Part shown: piece by piece, positions 60,655-64,000 of the stretch | Position numbering within the stretch: the first letter of the stretch is position 1 | Layout of the letters: each line of letters begins with the position of its first letter | From: a virus | IMG/VR virus record: IMGVR_UViG_3300009158_000001 | Coordinates: 32,001-96,000 of that record | Reading direction: 5' to 3' (one strand) | DNA length: 64,000 nt | Translations under genes and position numbers: made by a program | The notes under the pieces: generated by a model | The model's database searches: none | Told to the model about the DNA's origin: nothing | What the model saw: only the letters and a program-made list of their open reading frames with translations

Positions 60655-61180
60655 TAGCCTTCCTTATAATGACTTTGCTATTAGGATGATCAGGCGGTAA
60701 ATCATAATACTTACTATCTGAGATTTTTCTATTATCTATTATAGACTGACTACTTTGATTATATACCTGGTATGATTCTTCACCACTATCCTTTAAAGCA
60801 TTGAATACGCCCCAGTTATAGCTTCTCATTCTTTCTGTCTCATAGATAGTCATCATCCTGTGCCCAATTGTCTTAGCCGTATCAGTAATAGTATTACCTT
60901 GGCGATTGCGCATTTCAATGTGTAGCTTGTCTATGAAAAACTTCTGAACCTTCAACTGGAATTCTATATTACCAGTATGCGTCTCGTTCGTTAGATTAGA
61001 AGAGTCGGCATACTCAGAGTAACCTTTTATATAGGCCTTAATGCTGTTGTCTTTAAGCATAATAGAAAAACGCTCAAATGCAGCATCAATGGTAAAGTCA
61101 GGTTGGATGTCATAGTCAGCTTTCTCTTTTAGATGGCTAACTAATCCATTCACGTCTTCTCTATACTCATCAAAGTCCAT
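60641..61180 (-). CDS. 179-aa ORF; probably the frameshifted C-terminal part of the portal (open frame extends up to 61291)
   Basis: No SD sequence before the ATG at 61180. The frame is open for 37 more codons upstream, into the A10 run. Confidence 0.6.
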   Translation of the reverse strand: MDFDEYREDVNGLVSHLKEKADYDIQPDFTIDAAFERFSIMLKDNSIKAYIKGYSEYADSSNLTNETHTGNIEFQLKVQKFFIDKLHIEMRNRQGNTITDTAKTIGHRMMTIYETERMRSYNWGVFNALKDSGEESYQVYNQSSQSIIDNRKISDSKYYDLPPDHPNSKVIIRKANEDK

Positions 61181-61275
61181 GATACTATTTGTAACTAGAC
61201 TTCCCGGCGCACTCTTTGTTCCATGCTGATTTGATGGTCTAACAGCATTGGCATTTGCTTTCCCACTAGGCAGCG

Positions 61276-62820
61276 CTACTGAATTTTTTTTTTAGTATTG
61301 CCTGAATCTTTCTCGGACACTGTTGGCTTCTTTGCTAGATTACCAGCAGCTAGATCTCTAGCCTTCTGCAGATCACCAGAGGACATAGGAGTCCTGTTAC
61401 TCTTGGCAGATGTCTCAGCAAGAGGAGACATAGGATTTGCGCCAAGTCTAAGTAGTTCTTGAGCTTCTGTAACCATCTTGTAATATGAATGATCCCAGTC
61501 CTCATCTTTCGCAGTGGACATACCAATGCGATCTCTTAACTCATCATGACTAATCGCGCTATTAAGCCAAAGCTGGATAGCTGCGTTTTCCTTTTTAATT
61601 TGATTCTCAACATCTATTTCTTTAAATCTAAGAACAACTTTGTTATTAGGATCTAGCCAGTCAAAACTATTGTCCTCTGCACTTTCTTGAAGCATAGGAA
61701 CAATAAGATTAGCATAGATTTGCTCTTCAAGAACAAGTTGATCACTCTTGACTGCGTTAATAAGGCTACTAGACATAGTAGCTGCTGTAGAACGGTTAGC
61801 AGTATCACCTTCCCCAATATCTACCGTTGATAGGCCAAGGGCAGCAAGAACACGTTTCTTAAAGTAATCAAGATAACTTTCAGCTCTAAGAGAACGACCT
61901 TCTGCGCCAATCATTTTAATTTCATGACGTTCAGGGGTAACAAAGAAACCTTCTGGTGGCTGATTATTAATAACCTCAGTAACCATAGTAATCTCATCTC
62001 TACCATCTGGAAGAATAGTAGCAGGCATTGCTTCGGTTCCAATCTTATACTGTACAATTGGAAAGATGCTTTGATGAAGTAAAACTTCTACGTCTGTTTC
62101 AATTCGACGCAAAGCTTTAATATCTTCAATAGCAGCACTGCATCTTGGCGTACCAACAATAAACCCTTCAAGCTTATTAACATGAAAATGTATGATCTCA
62201 CTAGGCTCATAGATTGAGGTCGGACGAGTATTTTCTGTCCAATCCTCTTCGCTGTATTGTCGATACTTTATAGGCTGTTTAAGGTCATTAACCTTAACCT
62301 GGATCATACTAGTAGGAAGTATATGAAGTGAGCTAATTGGGGCTATTTTGCGCCCTTTAGAGTCTGTTCTAGTATAGCCTCCAGATGTCTTGTCATTGCG
62401 CTTGATAAGAACAAAACAATTACTATATCTAATAATATTCTTGGCTATATCAGTTATAAACTGTCTAGGCGTAGTACGACTAACGTAGCAAACTTCCTTA
62501 AGTCTGCGCTCTACGTAGTCTACAAGATCTGGGTCTTTCCCTATTACCTCATAGCCTTCTTTCATGAAAAGAGAAAGTTTCTTGTCAAAGCTAATCTGTA
62601 AGTAAGCTTCAATTGTAGCAACTTTATCTATTTCCTTAAAATCATGCTCTAGCTTTTGCCAGTCATTCATGAAGTAAGGACGTGTCGTTCTATAGTTAAA
62701 TACTGGATCCTTTGTCTTTTCTAGACTAGGCCCAGGCATCTTACTCTCAGCATCATCTATTACCTTAACGGATGATGCAAGATTCTTAAGATTAATAACT
62801 TGTGCTTTTAATTTAAACAT
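61276..62820 (-). CDS. Portal protein (514 aa as read; about 726 aa if frameshifted)
   Basis: Motifs NIIRYSNCFVLIKR, EIIHFH...GTPR..AAIEDIKALRRIE, YLDYFKKRVLAALG...IGEGDTANRSTA and ISHDELRDRIG. Confidence 0.88.
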   Translation of the reverse strand: MFKLKAQVINLKNLASSVKVIDDAESKMPGPSLEKTKDPVFNYRTTRPYFMNDWQKLEHDFKEIDKVATIEAYLQISFDKKLSLFMKEGYEVIGKDPDLVDYVERRLKEVCYVSRTTPRQFITDIAKNIIRYSNCFVLIKRNDKTSGGYTRTDSKGRKIAPISSLHILPTSMIQVKVNDLKQPIKYRQYSEEDWTENTRPTSIYEPSEIIHFHVNKLEGFIVGTPRCSAAIEDIKALRRIETDVEVLLHQSIFPIVQYKIGTEAMPATILPDGRDEITMVTEVINNQPPEGFFVTPERHEIKMIGAEGRSLRAESYLDYFKKRVLAALGLSTVDIGEGDTANRSTAATMSSSLINAVKSDQLVLEEQIYANLIVPMLQESAEDNSFDWLDPNNKVVLRFKEIDVENQIKKENAAIQLWLNSAISHDELRDRIGMSTAKDEDWDHSYYKMVTEAQELLRLGANPMSPLAETSAKSNRTPMSSGDLQKARDLAAGNLAKKPTVSEKDSGNTKKKIQ

Positions 62821-64000
62821 TATCTATATTAACTCCAAGTGCAATCTTTTTCCAGAAATCCAAAGTTTCACCTTTGCTTATTATAGATGATTTGGCTTTG
62901 TCACAGTTAGTTAAGTTAAATCTTCTATCTGTTAGAGGATTATACAACTGAGCAGTATTTTTGCCTTCAATATCCTTAAGGCCTATGTTGTTTTCAACAA
63001 TAACTCCTGGTTGACTCTTCCCATTTATAGCAGCGCCAGCTTCTTCCATTATTTTTGTAAGTTCACTGCTAGAGAAAGGAGACTCAATAACAAACCCAGT
63101 CTCATTGCCTTGCTGATCATAAACAGGCATTTTCGTACAAACTTCAATACCTCTATCAGCTAACTCTAGCAACGCACCAAGAATAGAATAAAGAGTGCTT
63201 AGTGCCATAATCTTTGCGGCAACTTGAATTCTTGTTGCTGTCTTACTATTTAGCCAACTATTTAATCCCTCAATTGCTAAAGTCACTTGGCTGCAATTGT
63301 TTTCTAGCATTTTTCCTGCGCCACTAAGTATCATGTTAAATATCTCAACAATATCTCCATTCTCAACAAAAGCAACATTAGACAAAAACTTAACAACCTC
63401 TTCCCCTGTAGAAGCTTTGTCTGGCTTTTTAGTTGGATTGGTCTGGGAAATATCAAAGTCTCTAAGGTAACCAGCAAATGAATTCACAGCATCTTGCAAG
63501 TCAGCTCTATCAATACTAGAAAGGGTATTTGCATGATCACTCCATTTTCTTAGGAGTTCTTTTTCTTTATCATTCTCTGGGACTTTACCATTATGAATAT
63601 CTGAGATCTCAGACATACTCCAGCCATAGGTAGGATTAGGCAAGGCTTTGTTTATGTCCATCAAGGAGATCACAGACTTAGATGTACAACCTGCATATAT
63701 CTCCCAAGGACTGAAAGACCATCTTAATCCTAGTTTAATAGCTGCAAGTAAAGGTCCAAGAATCATTGCAATCAAGTCTCCTAAGAAACCTGAAAAATTC
63801 AAGACAACCTCTTGCCATGAAAATCTAATCATTGCAAGAATAGATGCCGCAAGGAATGCAATCTCAATTGGACAAAGTGTACCTAGTCTAACTAGGCTGC
63901 AATAGTTTTGTTTTATTAGAAATTCTGTATCAAGGGCATTTAGAATTTTGTCAAAAAGAAAAGTTAGATTATCCAAAAGCAACTTAGCATCAAATTCAAA
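62813..64000 (-). CDS. Partial hypothetical protein upstream of the portal (5' end outside the window)
   Basis: The frame is open from the window edge (FEFDAKLLLDNL...), so the TTG start at 63982 is probably not the real start. Contains hydrophobic segments. Confidence 0.65.
   Translation of the reverse strand, partial: FEFDAKLLLDNLTFLFDKILNALDTEFLIKQNYCSLVRLGTLCPIEIAFLAASILAMIRFSWQEVVLNFSGFLGDLIAMILGPLLAAIKLGLRWSFSPWEIYAGCTSKSVISLMDINKALPNPTYGWSMSEISDIHNGKVPENDKEKELLRKWSDHANTLSSIDRADLQDAVNSFAGYLRDFDISQTNPTKKPDKASTGEEVVKFLSNVAFVENGDIVEIFNMILSGAGKMLENNCSQVTLAIEGLNSWLNSKTATRIQVAAKIMALSTLYSILGALLELADRGIEVCTKMPVYDQQGNETGFVIESPFSSSELTKIMEEAGAAINGKSQPGVIVENNIGLKDIEGKNTAQLYNPLTDRRFNLTNCDKAKSSIISKGETLDFWKKIALGVNIDNV

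Noticed and set aside
22042-61278. Stop-codon reassignment (TAG read-through), as in some large phages
   Set aside because: Coding density is already near complete under the standard code. TAG ends several genes cleanly, and reading through the TAG at 24513 meets TAA two codons later.
807-63905. All plus-strand ORFs in the track (e.g. 30216-30686, 33396-33812, 59087-59464) and the short nested minus-strand ORFs
   Set aside because: They lie almost entirely within long minus-strand genes, have no recognisable motifs, and look like antisense or alternate-frame shadows.

Overview
The whole window is the virion morphogenesis cluster of a large (jumbo-type) contractile-tailed phage. About 35 tightly packed genes all lie on the minus strand and use the standard genetic code. 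Read in transcription order (right to left): partial hypothetical gene, portal, multi-domain prohead protease, Dps/ferritin-like protein with an acidic tail, capsid-associated protein, major capsid protein, terminator, Ig-like and neck proteins, tail terminator, sheath, tube, terminator, two tube paralogs, two chaperone-like genes, a 1616-aa tape-measure-like protein, a 1953-aa protein, a 2461-aa + 778-aa hub pair carrying an M23 peptidase, spike-like and gp25-like genes, baseplate J, and wedge, fibre and other distal proteins. All calls come from motif recognition and gene order; no searches were run. Main points: (1) the 1953-aa tail-module protein has an ADFDHD motif and co-linear flanking motifs of a single-chain two-barrel RNA polymerase; (2) a Dps protein occupies the scaffold slot next to a protease carrying a HiPIP-like Cys cluster and other cargo-like domains bounded by repeated [ILMV]-x-D sites; (3) the portal is broken by a -1 frameshift at an A10 run; (4) one GSGY..G..LGG..ND module occurs six times in four tail proteins; (5) a 39-aa membrane ORF is missing from the ORF track.
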